From contig JALMLS010000594.1 in assembly GCA_038496445.1 (NCBI GenBank), positions 124,001 through 188,000 of the forward strand: a stretch of DNA of 64,000 bases. Reading direction: 5' to 3'. Positions within the stretch are counted from its first letter, which is position 1; the number at the start of each line of letters is the position of its first letter. The stretch comes from Trichosphaerium sp. ATCC 40318 (Eukaryota > Protista > Tubulinea). The translations under genes were made by a program, and so were the position numbers. The notes under the pieces are model-generated. The model had not been told where the DNA came from and ran no database searches. It worked only from the letters and a program-made list of their open reading frames with translations. Below are positions 1 through 12,037 of this stretch, one piece after another.

Positions 1-422
1 CAGTAGTGTCGGAGTGCCCTCATACGCCTGTAAAACAGAAAAAGACGCCCTCAAAGCAAGATTGTGAGTGACTGTTCGCTATTTAGAATAATACCACGTT
101 TTAATGACACTCAATAGCTCCTTCAGTCAAAAAGAGAACAAAGAAGATAAAAACCTTTCAACCATACGCTCAGTACGTAACCGACACTTTACATCAACCA
201 ACATGACGTAGGTACTTATGTGAGAACGCATGCTATGTTCCAGAGAACCCACGAAGCCATACACTACCGTATAGTCGCATTACGTTAAAACGAAAAGAAG
301 AGAACGAAAGAACACGTACGTTTAATTCTGACGCGTTTTAAAACACGCACACTTACAGCTGACAGGTGAGTGGCTTTTGAATTTTTCTTACGCGGAAAAA
401 CCGCTTCACACAGCAACACCAC

Positions 423-1211
423 ATGCCCAGGAATTTCACGGATTTGAGTACGGCGCCAATTTTTTTCTTTAAACTTCATTCTTCTTCACCCACTGACAAT
501 GTCAAAAGAGAAATCTGTGTTGAAGCAACTAGAGGTGATGCTTGCATATACGGTATCATTATTTATGATCCTGTCCGTGAGAAATATTCTGTGCGTTGAG
601 AGTGTTTCTTTTTTTTTGGAGCAGAATCATTGTGCTTATTTTGGATTAGCGCTATATAGGCAAGGCTAGTACTATACGTGCTCGATTAGGCGGTTCTCCT
701 AAAGCTACGTCTGGTCCTCATAGTCGTGATGTATTAGAATGTCTTGAGTTTATTAAGGAGTCCTCTAGAGGGAATGAACCTAAGGCAGTACTTAATTTTT
801 TATTAAACCAAAACAAACAGCTAGTTGATGTAGTCACTGCAGCTTCTGTTGTTCATTGTTGTAAATATCTAGCGAAATATAAAAATATGTACTTCAGTAA
901 GTCTATAAACCACACAGAAGGCAAGGCATTCAAAGCTGATTACCTTGAAGCAAACAAAGAAGCATACGAGGTAAAAACGGAATTTATTGAGAACGACAAA
1001 AAAGCATCCTCCATTTTTTCTGAGTTTTCTTTTACAGCATATGCCTCACTGTTATCAGTATGGTAGTTGGATATATATCCTTTCAAAGCTTAGTAAGTCA
1101 GCTCAGGACTTAGTAATAAAAGAAACATGGTTAAACGAGAATGAGGCAAAGTACATTGAGGACTTTAACACAAAGTTACCAAACGGCTTGAACATAGTAG
1201 ATGTAAGTTGA
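423..1211 (+). CDS. Spliced GIY-YIG endonuclease-domain protein
   Basis: Exons 423-590, 650-970 and 1038-1202/1211 join in frame through GT-AG introns: ...ACIYGIIIYDPVREKYS|RYIGKASTIRARL...H...LNENEAKYIEDFNTKLPNGLNIV. This gives GIY/YIG, the conserved Arg, the catalytic Glu and the PNGLN tail. A further small exon to ~1335 is possible. Confidence 0.7.
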
Positions 1212-2127
1212 CTTCAAATAAACTCACTGGATTAATAGTACTAGGCACAAAATAGAAATAGCCCGAAGAAACCATCACCAAGGCAGATAATAAAATCACT
1301 ACAGATACAAAACAATCAATTAAAAAGCAAAGATGAAGAATACAAGGATTCCATAAAAAAGTTAACAGAAGAACTTGAGAAACTAAAGATGATTTCAAAG
1401 AAAAGACAACAGTTGGATCCATTGGTACAGTATAGAAACAATATAGATAAAGTTGTAAAAAGAAGCCGTGAGAGAAATGAAGCAATGTATAGGAGAAATA
1501 GGCAACGTGTGCTTGAAATGCAAAGCCGACAATAAACGTATTTATTCTTCGTTCTCCTCCCAGTTATATCCGCGCGAACTGTATGCTTCAACAACGGCAT
1601 AACGCATACCATAGCATGTCTAAGCACGTGAACTGCCTCTCTCACTATGCCGACTCATAAGACTTGCGTCTTGAAATCGTAGCAGCCAGCGCTACACAAC
1701 AAACTAACAAAGCGTCAACTAACTGTTTTTTACAACGCTGTGTCTGGTGTTCATTGTCCAAAATATCACCCAAAACGAGTCAACTGCATTCGTACAACAA
1801 GTATCTGATAAATTTGTACTTTTAAGAAATATCTATCACGTGATAACCTATGTCTAAGGTATGTTTTCGCAAGAAATAAAGTCAACAATGTTTTAATGGC
1901 AACGACGCTCTCTAAGATATTTTAGACTCCAAAGGATCATAAATCGCCAAAGCGTGGGGTATATATACCCCAAACAATACCGTTCATACTCTACTAGACC
2001 TTCCCTTTGATATTCAACGGTATTTATGCACTTTCAACGCAGAAACGTTCTCAAAGTTCCATGTACTCTCGAAAAGAGCTGCGATGAACACTCATTACAA
2101 TGCCAACCTTGAAAAAAAAGGTAAGTG

Positions 2128-4184
2128 CAGGTCTGAAAATTATCATGGTATAATACCATATTTTATGGTATAATCACCTTTTATGGTACAAGCTCAGTAT
2201 AATCCATAATTATACCATATAATTATACCATAAAATATGGTATAATACCATGTTTTTTGGACAAATGGTATAACAGCCATTATACCATGTTTATACCATA
2301 TCTCAATTTATAGAATATAATTATACCATAAAACATGGTACTATACCATGGTATTATACTGCATTTTAAAGTATATTATACCATGCATTATACCATATAA
2401 TTATACCATAAAACACAGTATTATACCATGGTATTATACCACATTTTACAGTATATTATACCATGCATTATACCATATAATTATACCATAAAACATGGTA
2501 CTATACCATGGTATTATACTGCATTTTAAAGTATATTATACCATGCATTATACCATATAATTATACCATAAAACACAGTATTATACCATGGTATTATACT
2601 GTATTTTACAGTATTGTATACCATGCATTATACCATATAATTATACCATAAAATGTGGTATTATACCGTGGTATTATACTGTATAAGTATAAGTTAGTCA
2701 AAGCTCACTTGGTCTGCACTTGATTTAATAGCATATGGATCTACACAAACGCCATACCACACAATGCTTTGACAGTAGCTGTTATTGAACATAATTGGCA
2801 TATAAATGTGTGAAAAACAGTTTTAAGAGAGAAATCTGGTAACGCGCCCCAATTACGGGCGTTTTAGGGATAAATTGGCCAACTTTCTCCGATTAATGGT
2901 ATTTGAGGAAGAAACCACTCCGCGTACCCCATGTTAGAACGCTACAGTGGTAGACACACCAAAAACGCGTTTAGCGCTCGAAAAATGCCCATTCGCAAAA
3001 AACCTCCAATTGGAGGTTTTTTTCTCCAGCTCTCATTTTTTTCTCCCCTCCATAGGCATTTTTACACTCAATCAACGCCATACAGCCTCATTTACCAAAT
3101 CAGGAGCAAAATTATTTATTTTTTTTTGACATTCTTGATATATGCCCCAATGTGTGTTAAACCGCGCAATTAGTGTTATAAGGCAAAGTTGTTTCAGAGC
3201 CTACCCATTTTTCGAGTTTTTTGGTTTTTTTTGGATTTTTTTGGATTTTTTTGGTTTTTTTCCTACTAAACACCCGCATTTGCCAGAACAGATAGCATTT
3301 AGGCTCTGCACCCATGCGTTGACCTTACGAGTGATATTGTAAACTAATTGGCTAAGCCAGGGCATAAAACTAAGTCTTGACCAGTTTATCGCCCGCACAA
3401 CACAAGGTACGCTAGAAAGTAGTTGTTTTAAAGCTGTTTGCCATAGGTTTTACAGGCTTAATAGGTGATATAAAAAAAACAAAACGTGTTAGCCGCCCAA
3501 CCAGGTACTATTCCGCTAGAACTCGTTTCCGATGAGGTTGGTAGCTATTTTCATTTCTTTGTTTTAGTCTTGGTTTGGCTTCACTGTGCAGGTCATTTGT
3601 TACTCTCAGTGCTGCCATCACAACAAAACAACAATTTTTGTATGACTATTTATTTTGTGTACAAGAAACCAAGCCGGCGCTAACTCTTCTTTTAGGTTTC
3701 ATGCTATATCCATTCAATGCACTTACAGCAAGTACAATCTGTTCTTTTAAGGTTATTTGATCACTGCAAAAAAGGACATGGGCAAAACTAAAGGTCACGG
3801 ATGTAAACAAAAAAAAGATGTATTAATAAATGTGTTTTTATTTTTAGAACAGTTTTTACACGGTATAATACACCTGGTTTTGTGGTATAATCTACCAAGT
3901 TTTAAGGTATAATATACCAGGCTTTATGGTATTATACTGTGTTTTATACCATGTTTTATGGTAGAATTATACCATATAATGCATTTTTTCAGGTGAAAAA
4001 ATATGGTATAAATTCGCACTTTCTACTGTATATTTATGGTATAATTTGGCTGTTTCATGGTATAAATCCTTTGATTTATGGTATATTATACTGGAATTTG
4101 TGGTATAAAATTGGAATCAATGGTATAATTATACCACAAATTCATGGTATCTACCATAAAAACAGCTCGAGAATTTTAGACCTG
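2128..4184. mobile_element. Non-autonomous TIR DNA transposon, 3-bp TSD GTG (CMC/EnSpm-like by structure)
   Basis: Left end CAGGTCTGAAAATT; right end reverse-complements to CAGGTCTAAAATT. GTG lies on both flanks (2125-2127, 4185-4187). Dense TATACC/GGTATA subterminal repeats at both ends; no transposase ORF. Confidence 0.88.
2316..2680. repeat. 80-bp tandem repeat (~4.5 copies) in the left subterminal region
   Basis: ttataccataaaa recurs at 2321, 2401, 2481, 2561 and 2641. Two variants alternate (catggtac / cacagtat). Confidence 0.92.
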
Positions 4185-5499
4185 GTGGATGTATTGGTAT
4201 AAGAGCGGCCAGTTATACGCCACCGTCATGATGAAAGATGGTAAAAATACCGGAGAATACAAACAATGGCGTGAGAGTGGACAATTTGAGGCAGTCATTA
4301 AATACGTTAATGGTGAAGGAAGAGAAATAAAGCAATGGAATGAGAATGGAATACTTTGTATTGACTTAACTGTTGTTAATGGTAAGAAAAACGGAGAAGT
4401 GAAGCAGTTTTATGAGAATGGAAAATTATCTACAGTGATTATATATGTAGACAGTAAGGAATATGGAGAAGCAAAGCAATGGCATGAAAATGGGACATTA
4501 TCATCACATGCTAAATTTATTAATGGGAAATATATTGATTTGAAGAATTGGCATAGTAATGGACAGCTTCATACTTATACTCCTTTTTCTGATGGTAAAC
4601 AACATGGAGAATTTAAACAGTGGAGAGAAGACGGTACACTTGAGTTAAGTGCCGTATATGATGATGGTAAAAAAGTTTATTTAAAAATGTGGAATGAGAA
4701 TGGACTGCTTCAGCATTACACTTCATTTACCGATGGCAAGCCAAATGGCGAGTGTAAGAAGTGGCATGACAATGGACAACTTGCAATATACACTAAGTAT
4801 ATTGATTATAAGATAGAGGGCGAGATTAAGCATTGGTATGACAATGGACAACTCGCTCTAGTTACCACAGTAATTAAAGGTATGAAAAACGGGGAGTACA
4901 AAGAGTGGCATCGTAATGGCCAACTTGCTGTACAAGCAACCTATGCTGATGATAAACTAAATGGTGAGCACAAAGTGTGGGATGAAAATGGCCAACTTTC
5001 AAGATGGTCAATGTACAAAGATGGTGAAGAAATACCTGGGGACGCATAGTTCTGGAATCCTCCAACCTAAGAACCTCAATAATTTTGCTCCTGAGGTGAT
5101 GGATGTAGTAGTCATTAATTAGTTACTTAAGTGTTCAAATACAGAATAAACTTTTGTTGCTTAGTTCGTTAAGCTGTCAATAGTTGAATGTACATTTTTG
5201 ATCTTACCAGTACATTGTGACTTAAGGCAAACTCATAAAGCGTTGGTCTTAAGCAACAATGTACATGTGAGTTAATATACAGTTTCTACTATAACAAAAG
5301 AAGCACGTGCCTGAACATAAGACGTTATTTTAAGAATGTAAAACAGTCTGAAGCTGAAAACTGAGTTCATTTGATTTCTCCAAAAAGAATCAGCTGAAAT
5401 ATACAGTTATGCATGTACCAAATACGCGTTACTGGGTACATAGGTTTACGCTCAGCACACCTGGTGTAGCAATATATTAGGCGTTCTGATCGCTTTATC

Positions 5500-5730
5500 T
5501 GATGAAAAGGTAAACATATCTTAACTTGTGCTATACTGTTAAACTCTTGTCTGAGCCCTGATTCGCTGGTTGGAGATAAAGCATATCCACCTTCGAATAC
5601 TACTAGACAATCATTATTTCGTCTCTAATCAATGTTTAACAAACAGATATAGCACGTATGCTTTTCATAAACAGAATCACCAAAAGCAATAAAAACGTCT
5701 GTTGGTACCTTACAATATGACCAAAAAGAA
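5500..5730 (+). pseudogene. Degenerate copy of the 3' end and 3' flank of the GH57/GH119-like gene
   Basis: 5641-5727 (aaacagatat...ttcataaac..atcaccaaaagcaataaaaa...taccttacaa.atgaccaaaa) matches the reverse complement of ~28549-28635. Weaker similarity extends upstream. Confidence 0.6.
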
Positions 5731-6014
5731 TTTACTGGTAAACTCCACGTGACATCAATAGTGGTCAATAGTGAAATCAATAGATACCATAGAGTTACTA
5801 CGCATTGTGTTTTAAACGCCATTGTGTTCCTCGTTTAGGACGCTTTGACTTTCATAATGTGAACTGTCACGTTATTCTCAGAAAAACCCGAGAAATCGAA
5901 ACTGCTTACACAGTAAAAACAGCAAAAATAACCGAAATGACTAATAAACGTGTATTTAAAATCATTGAGTTAGCTGTACTCTTACAAGTAATTTGTAAAT
6001 TATGGAAACCTTGG

Positions 6015-6920
6015 CTAATCATGCAAAATGGTATGTGCTCCGGCAAGTGCTTTGACACCTTCATTAGTTACTGAAGTGTTATCTAGGACAATAGTATGAA
6101 CTCCAGCAAGTGATTTAATACCTTCATCAGTAACTGAAGTGTTATTGAGGGAAATATTATGAACTCCAACAAGTGCTTTGACACCTTCGTCAGTTACTGA
6201 AGTGCCACCAAGGTAAATAGTATGAACTCCAGCGAGTGCTTTGACACCTTCATTAGTAATTGAAGTGTTATCTAGGGGGCCATAGTTGTTTCCGAATTTT
6301 CCGAAAACAAAAATTCGAAAGTGTAGAAAGATGCAGAAAGATGCATAGCTAGGGCAGTCCACTTAACTAGAAAGCGCCTGGTTCACTTACGGTCGGGTCC
6401 TCGCTGTGCTCGGAACTAGAACCCGACCTTCGCTCACATATAGTGATCTATTGGTGGGTATAGGCATTCAGTTTTTGTATCGAATTCTATTTTTTCGAAT
6501 TTTTTCTTTCGAAAAATTCGGAAAAAACGTGGGTCCGTTATCTAGGTCAATCGTATGAACTCCAGCGAGTGCTTTGACACCTTCATCAGTAACTGAAGTG
6601 TTATCAAGGTAAATAGTATGAACTCCAGCAAGTGCTTTGGCAATGTTGTCATGCAAATAAGGTACCGAGATTTTTGTGTATTTAAGAATCCCAGGATGTT
6701 GTACAGCTGATTTTGCTTGAGCTAATGTTGTAATTATAATAGCGTGGTATCCAATAACATCGTGAATAATAGAAGCAAGCAAATGACATGTCTGACAAGC
6801 TGCAAATCGCGATTTGGTCGTTTGACGCAAGATGTGTGCTAATATCTCGGTCGGTAACTGTAGCAAGCTTGTACTGGTGGTACTGTCAATTCTACAACGC
6901 TTTGAGGTACAAAGCATCAT
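6015..6920 (-). pseudogene. F-box + LRR (GVHTIxLxxTxVTDEGVKALA repeats) gene split by a MITE
   Basis: F-box SLLQLPTEILAHIL...QTCHLL followed by LRR units. Removing 6276-6536 plus one TSD gives HTIDLDN-TSITNEGVKALAG in frame. Confidence 0.85.
6276..6536. mobile_element. Mutator-type MITE, 261 bp, 9-bp TSD
   Basis: TSD gttatctag at 6267-6275 and 6537-6545. Imperfect ~50-bp TIRs with GG termini (ggggccatagttgtttccgaattttccgaaa / ggacccacgttttttccgaatttttcgaaa). Confidence 0.9.
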
Positions 6921-8536
6921 ATCGTCTATGTTTGTCTAATTAATAACAGCTAGCTGTGATAGAGGAACCCACAACGTTGAAAGTAAGTATAAAAGCTGTT
7001 TTATTACGAATTTAAGTCACGTGATACCGCGGTCGAAATTAAGAAACGTGTACTTAAATGTCGAAAAAAAGTAAAAATTCAAAGTGATATTGAACTGTTC
7101 GCCACAAAGGGAGACAACTGGGTTATGGCGCTCAGTCGCCGCTAGGCTATGCCTCTGCCACCCCACTAAAAGGGGACTTTCTAAATAGTTCCTATGGCAT
7201 AATATAGGATAATTAGTGTGCCGAATTTTTGACTGTTTTTGTCCAAGTTTCACATATTTGTTTTTCCGTAAGAAACATGTGCAATTAGCTGCCCGTAGTA
7301 AACTTGGAGGCAGGCTGGTGTATTTCGAAGAAATCATGTTTTAGTGGAAGGCCTCTTACTAGATACATACTGACCAATTTCAGCGAAGAACACATGTACG
7401 TGTGTATCCTGCGTTTCACATTAACAGTCCATGTCCAAATTCAATGAATTTAAACTGAATAACACTAAGATCAATAAAATGAAGCGTAGCGCATCATCAT
7501 CGCTTTCCGAACCTCCTAAGAAGATAACAAAGCTAACCAACCATTGCACAGATGCTTTGGAGTCGTTATCAGACGATAAACTGGTAAAACAGTTAAATAC
7601 TACCCAAGTGCTTTTAGAATCACTCTCTCAAGATATTACAAAGCGTGTTGGTATTTTCTATGGGAATAAAGTCATTAAATCACTGTACGACCTGAGTGAG
7701 CATCTCAACATTCCAGATATCAGAAATAATCAAGAAGCTAAACAAAACATGCTATTGACATTACAAGAGCACATAAACTCAACCATACAAACAAGTGCAC
7801 TTACTAGGCAGTTCAAATCTCGTGTTGACAAATGGATAACATCAATGAGAGAATTTTTAAAGAAAAATGAAGACACAAAAGACGAGACAATGTTTGAACC
7901 AGAGGAAGATTTTTCAATACCAGCTTGTGACAGTGAAAAACAAATAAATCAATTGGTGCTATTGAGTCAACTTGTTGAGGTTCATAAGGAAGGTATGTAA
8001 GAGTTTCTTTATCACCATCAACAGTTGTACAATCAACTATTTTTTGAGTCACCTCAAGTTTGCCTTTCATTAAAAGGATTTGCAGGCAATTTATGTGTTT
8101 GCTTTGTGCCTAAATTACTTATGTGACTTTGTTACTTGCTTGCTAATCTACCATAGATTGTGACAGAACAGAAATAGCCAAGGACTATTGTTCAACAACT
8201 ACAGTTAATGCAAGTGTTGGTACAATTGATCTTGACTTCTACAGTACAAGATGGGCACCACACAGTAGTAAAATAGAAATGGGAATTTTTAAGTAATCCA
8301 CCCTGTTTTCCTATGGGAAAAGTAAACGGAAAAACTCTTCCTTAATTCCCATTGAATTTATATGAAATTCCGTAAGTATTACTCATAGAATTCTTAAAGT
8401 ATTACTTTTGGAATTGCATATGTATTTTATATAGAATTCTCTATGTATTCTTTATCTCTTTGGGGACCATCCCGCATATATGCGGGATTTAAGTTATTGT
8501 ACTCCTTAAACTAAATAAAACCCTTAAACCTAAAGT

Positions 8537-11131
8537 ATGGAGGAGTTAGTGGACACACAGCCATTGATAGACCACGAAATAGAGTATGACTCTGATAGTA
8601 TCTCCTTTCCTGATTCAAGTGATGAGTCTGAAATAGCCTCAAATGATATTCCAGGTATGTTATATGCTATTATAAGCATCTAGAATACACAAAACTGCAA
8701 TGTAAAGGAGTATTTCTTAATTTAGAAAAAAGTTTCTCCTTTTAGAAAACACCTGTATATGATGTTAAATATGGCTGCGAACAGCCTCAAAGCAAAATCG
8801 TTTTGATTCATTGAGTTTGAAGCTCATAATTCAAAGAATACTATTTAAAAAAACCACAAAAATGTTTCTGTTCCTTTTCTATCTATATGGATGTAAAATT
8901 GTCCTGCGGTTCGATTGGGAGTGGTCCCGTTCGATTTCATCAACTTTCAAGCTCACAATTTGCAAAACAATTTTGTACAATATCCACGAAATTTTTTTAT
9001 TGCCTACCTACTTACATGGTGTAAAATATCCACAAAATTTTTTTTTTTGCCTACCTGACACTTACATGGTGTAAAATTGTTTTGCGGTTCGATTGGAAGT
9101 GGTCCCGTTTGATTTCATCAACTTTCAAGCTCACAATTTGCAAAACAATTTTGTACAATATCCACGAAATTTTTTTATTGCCTACCTACTTACATGGTGT
9201 AAAATTGTCCTGCGGTTCGATTGGGAGTGGTTCCGTTCGATTCTGTCAACTTACAAGCTCACAATATACAAAACAATTTTGTACAATATCCACGTTTTAG
9301 TAATAGTGTTTTTTAGTTGAGGAGAACATGTCTGATAGTGAAATGGAGGAGATAGATGAGATATCTGACAATGCAAAAGTAAATGAAGCACCTGTTAGAA
9401 ATGATGAAGGTGTTGAAGACATTGTGACACCAGCTAATTTGTATTCTCCACAAAAATGGGTGAATAATTCTAATGAATCATATTCTCCAAAGGGAGTATG
9501 TGACTATGATCCCATACTCAATTTGCCAGATGACTTTCCCTCTCCTGACAATTGTACTGAATATGACATGTGGAAACTATTTTTTCCATATGAGACATTA
9601 CAAAATTGGTGTATCGAAACTTCTAATTACGGCAGAGCAAAAGTTGGACTTGAGTGGGGAGAAAACATAACTGTTGATCAAATGATAACCTACATGGCAA
9701 TAAGATATACAATGGGTACAAATAAATGCTAGTAAGTATAATTAACATTGATTTAGGGATGATGCATGCACCTGCAATAAAAGACTACTGGAGAGATCAC
9801 CCATCATTTCATAATGAGTCTATTGCTAAAGCAATGAGTAGAAAAGAGTTTTTGAGAATCCATCATGCTTTGCACTTTGTACAAGGCCGACAACGACCTG
9901 ATGGTGCTCCATATTGGTGGAAAGCAAAGTCATTTATGGATAGTTTTCGCACAAGCTGTCTTGAGTTAGTAACTCCTGGGCGTGATTTATCAGCAGATGA
10001 GGAAACCATAAAGTGTAAAAGCACATAAGTACAATTTTTTTATTGTGTTGATGCTTATCAAAATACAAGCTATGCAGGTCCAATGCGTCATACCAGAATG
10101 GCCAAACCAATTGGTGTAGGCCTTGTGCTTGATTGTATCACTTTAAAGGGAGGATATGTTTTTACATTTATCACTTGTCCAAGGGCAGGAACTGAGATGA
10201 AAAAACAAATCCTTACACTTATTGATCAAATGACGTTGCAAGAGGGACATAAAGTTCATTTATATGCTGACAATTTGTATTCTGGTTTGGAGTTAGTGCA
10301 AGAGTTAAATGCCAGAAACATATTGTATTGTGGAACTGTACGAAGCAATAGAAAAGCAGCCACATTGATAATCAGCCAAAGTTTTGTAACTGCAGAAAAA
10401 GGACATTGGGAAAGCATGCATCGTAACCAAGTAGGAGCATTGTATCAAATTCATGATAGCAAGGTACAACAAAATTAATATATTATCATTTATACTAACA
10501 CACATAGATATTTTACATGGTATCCAACATTCATGTAATTCAACACACTCCTGTTTTACGTAAAGAAAAAGGCAGAAATGGAAAGAAATCGTACAATATG
10601 CCTCTTGCTTTACGTGATTACAACAAGTACATGATGGGTTCTGATGTTGCTGATCAAAAACGAGGCAGCTATTCAACGTTTAGAAAAAAAACCCATTGGT
10701 ACATGGCTTATTTTGAATGGATGATTGATACAGCAGTTGTAAATGCTGGTTGGATGTTGTCTTATTACCGAAATGAGAAAATATCAACTAAAAAGTTTTT
10801 AGAAAATCTTACAGACCACATATTTACTCACGTTGCTCCTGAACGAACTGCCAAAAAATCTCCTCGAAAATGTCAACAAATGAAAAAACAACGCAAATTG
10901 ACACTCAAACGCAAAAGAGTTCTATCAGAACATGAGCATATGCCTGTGTGGGTACCTACAAGAGGAAATTGTGCTTATTGTGAACCAAGAAGAGATGTTA
11001 ACTTCAAATGCCGAATATGTGATAAGTTTTTATGTATGACTCCATTCAAGGGTACAAAACCCACTTCTGGGTCTTTTTATACACCTTGTTTCACTCATTA
11101 CCATGATGAGCGCAGATATTTAGAAGATTAA
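8537..11131 (+). CDS. piggyBac transposase (PGBD4-like), 5 exons, ~596 aa
   Basis: Exons 8537-8654, 9317-9715, 9757-10012, 10070-10463, 10508-11131 sum to 1791 nt in frame. Motifs: LSADEETINYAG, LYADNLY, YNKYMMGSDVADQ, C-terminal CAYC..CRIC..C..CFTHYH Cys-rich domain. The third intron's donor (gtgtaa) is weak and was chosen for motif fit. Confidence 0.88.
8887..9295. repeat. ~128-bp tandem repeat (3 copies plus a partial) in transposase intron 1
   Basis: atgg.gtaaaattgt..tgcggttcgattgg.agtgg... recurs at ~8887, ~9066 and ~9194. Confidence 0.9.
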
Positions 11132-11971
11132 CAGTTATAAAAGGTGTTTAAATAAACATGGTATTCAGTTATTAGTCTGTTAAGTAACAAAAGTATGTTT
11201 TAAAATAATTTTTTAACATAACAAAAATCCATCACTGCTCCTTGGTTAAAATTCAAATCCTGTCAATAACGTCACATGATATACCCATGAACCATTATTT
11301 ATATGTCTCAAAACTTCATTGCCAAGAAGTAATTTATTAGCAAAAAATACTTCAAAACAAAATCCCGCATATATGCGGGAGCTTGGTCCTTAAAGAGATA
11401 GCATTTTTTAATGTATTTTTTGTAGATTTCAATAAAAAATACTTTATAAATTACACAAAATATTATTCGATACTTTGGTTCAGATTTAATGCAAAGTCAT
11501 TTTATTTATTGATCATTACAAAATACAAACATCCTAAATAATATGTACAAGTTAAATACATTGTGTTTTCATAAACGAAAGAAGTAATTTGATCGCATTT
11601 GGTTTTGAGAGCCTGAACAATAATTAATGCATTTGTAAACGCTAAATTAAGAACACGTAGGGTTTTTTGATAAATTAAGTGGAAATAAGCTTTAAAAACA
11701 ACATACTTGGAGTTAATGCTTTAAATACATTCTTTAATGGTGTAATAAGGCTGTTGCAATGCTTTAATCATCCTAAAACAGATAAGTAAGAGATATTTAT
11801 GTTTAAGTGATTTTCCAAACCACCTAAAATGCATTCTCCATTACTTTTTGGATTAACACACTTTAACCTGTACCATTGGTTTTTTCACCTTTAATAATAG
11901 CATGTGGATATTGTTTGCTAGAAAAACCTATGTACCTAAGGTGTCTATGGTTTTTTGCAAATATAAAACTA

Positions 11972-12037
11972 AACCCTAACCCTAACTTAATTTGTACTTT
12001 CATAAACCTCAACCCTAGCCCTAACCCTAACCCTAAC
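11972..12037. repeat. Interstitial telomere-type (CCCTAA)n tracts inside the outer transposon
   Basis: aaccctaaccctaac at 11972-11986 and aaccctagccctaaccctaaccctaac at 12011-12037. Confidence 0.75.

Larger units (their letters stand above)
1850..5049 (+). pseudogene. F-box + MORN-variant (YwqK-like) repeat gene split by a transposon
   Basis: 1982-2127 reads VHTLLDLPFDIQRYL...ANLEKKGK. Removing 2128-4184 plus one GTG joins it in frame to W-MYWYKSGQL of ORF 4189-5049 (W.ENG.L repeats). It is collinear with the paralog at 40593-42112. The putative first exon (ATG 1850) is out of frame with the F-box by one base. Confidence 0.8.
8456..11397 (+). mobile_element. piggyBac-superfamily transposon, apparently autonomous
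   Basis: TIRs CTCTTT(GG/AA)GGACCA, each followed by the palindrome tcccgcatatatgcggga. Encodes a DDD transposase. Confidence 0.92.

Noticed and set aside
2316-2680. CRISPR-like periodic repeat
   Set aside because: It is a pure 80-bp tandem subterminal repeat of a TIR element with no spacers or cas genes.
2931-3760. Short ORFs inside the first transposon
   Set aside because: Low-complexity translations with no transposase motifs.
2120-4180. Transposon removed by splicing (G|GTAAGT at 2121 to ttttag at ~4179)
   Set aside because: The donor and acceptor combinations I tested are out of frame or hit stops.
4189-5049. Bacterial YwqK antitoxin or contamination
   Set aside because: It is the 3' part of a eukaryotic F-box-MORN gene with an intron-bearing paralog in the same window.
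8887-9295. CRISPR-like or tRNA-like array (repeats contain GGTTCGA)
   Set aside because: Units are contiguous tandem copies with no unique spacers, no cloverleaf is evident, and the array lies in a transposase intron.
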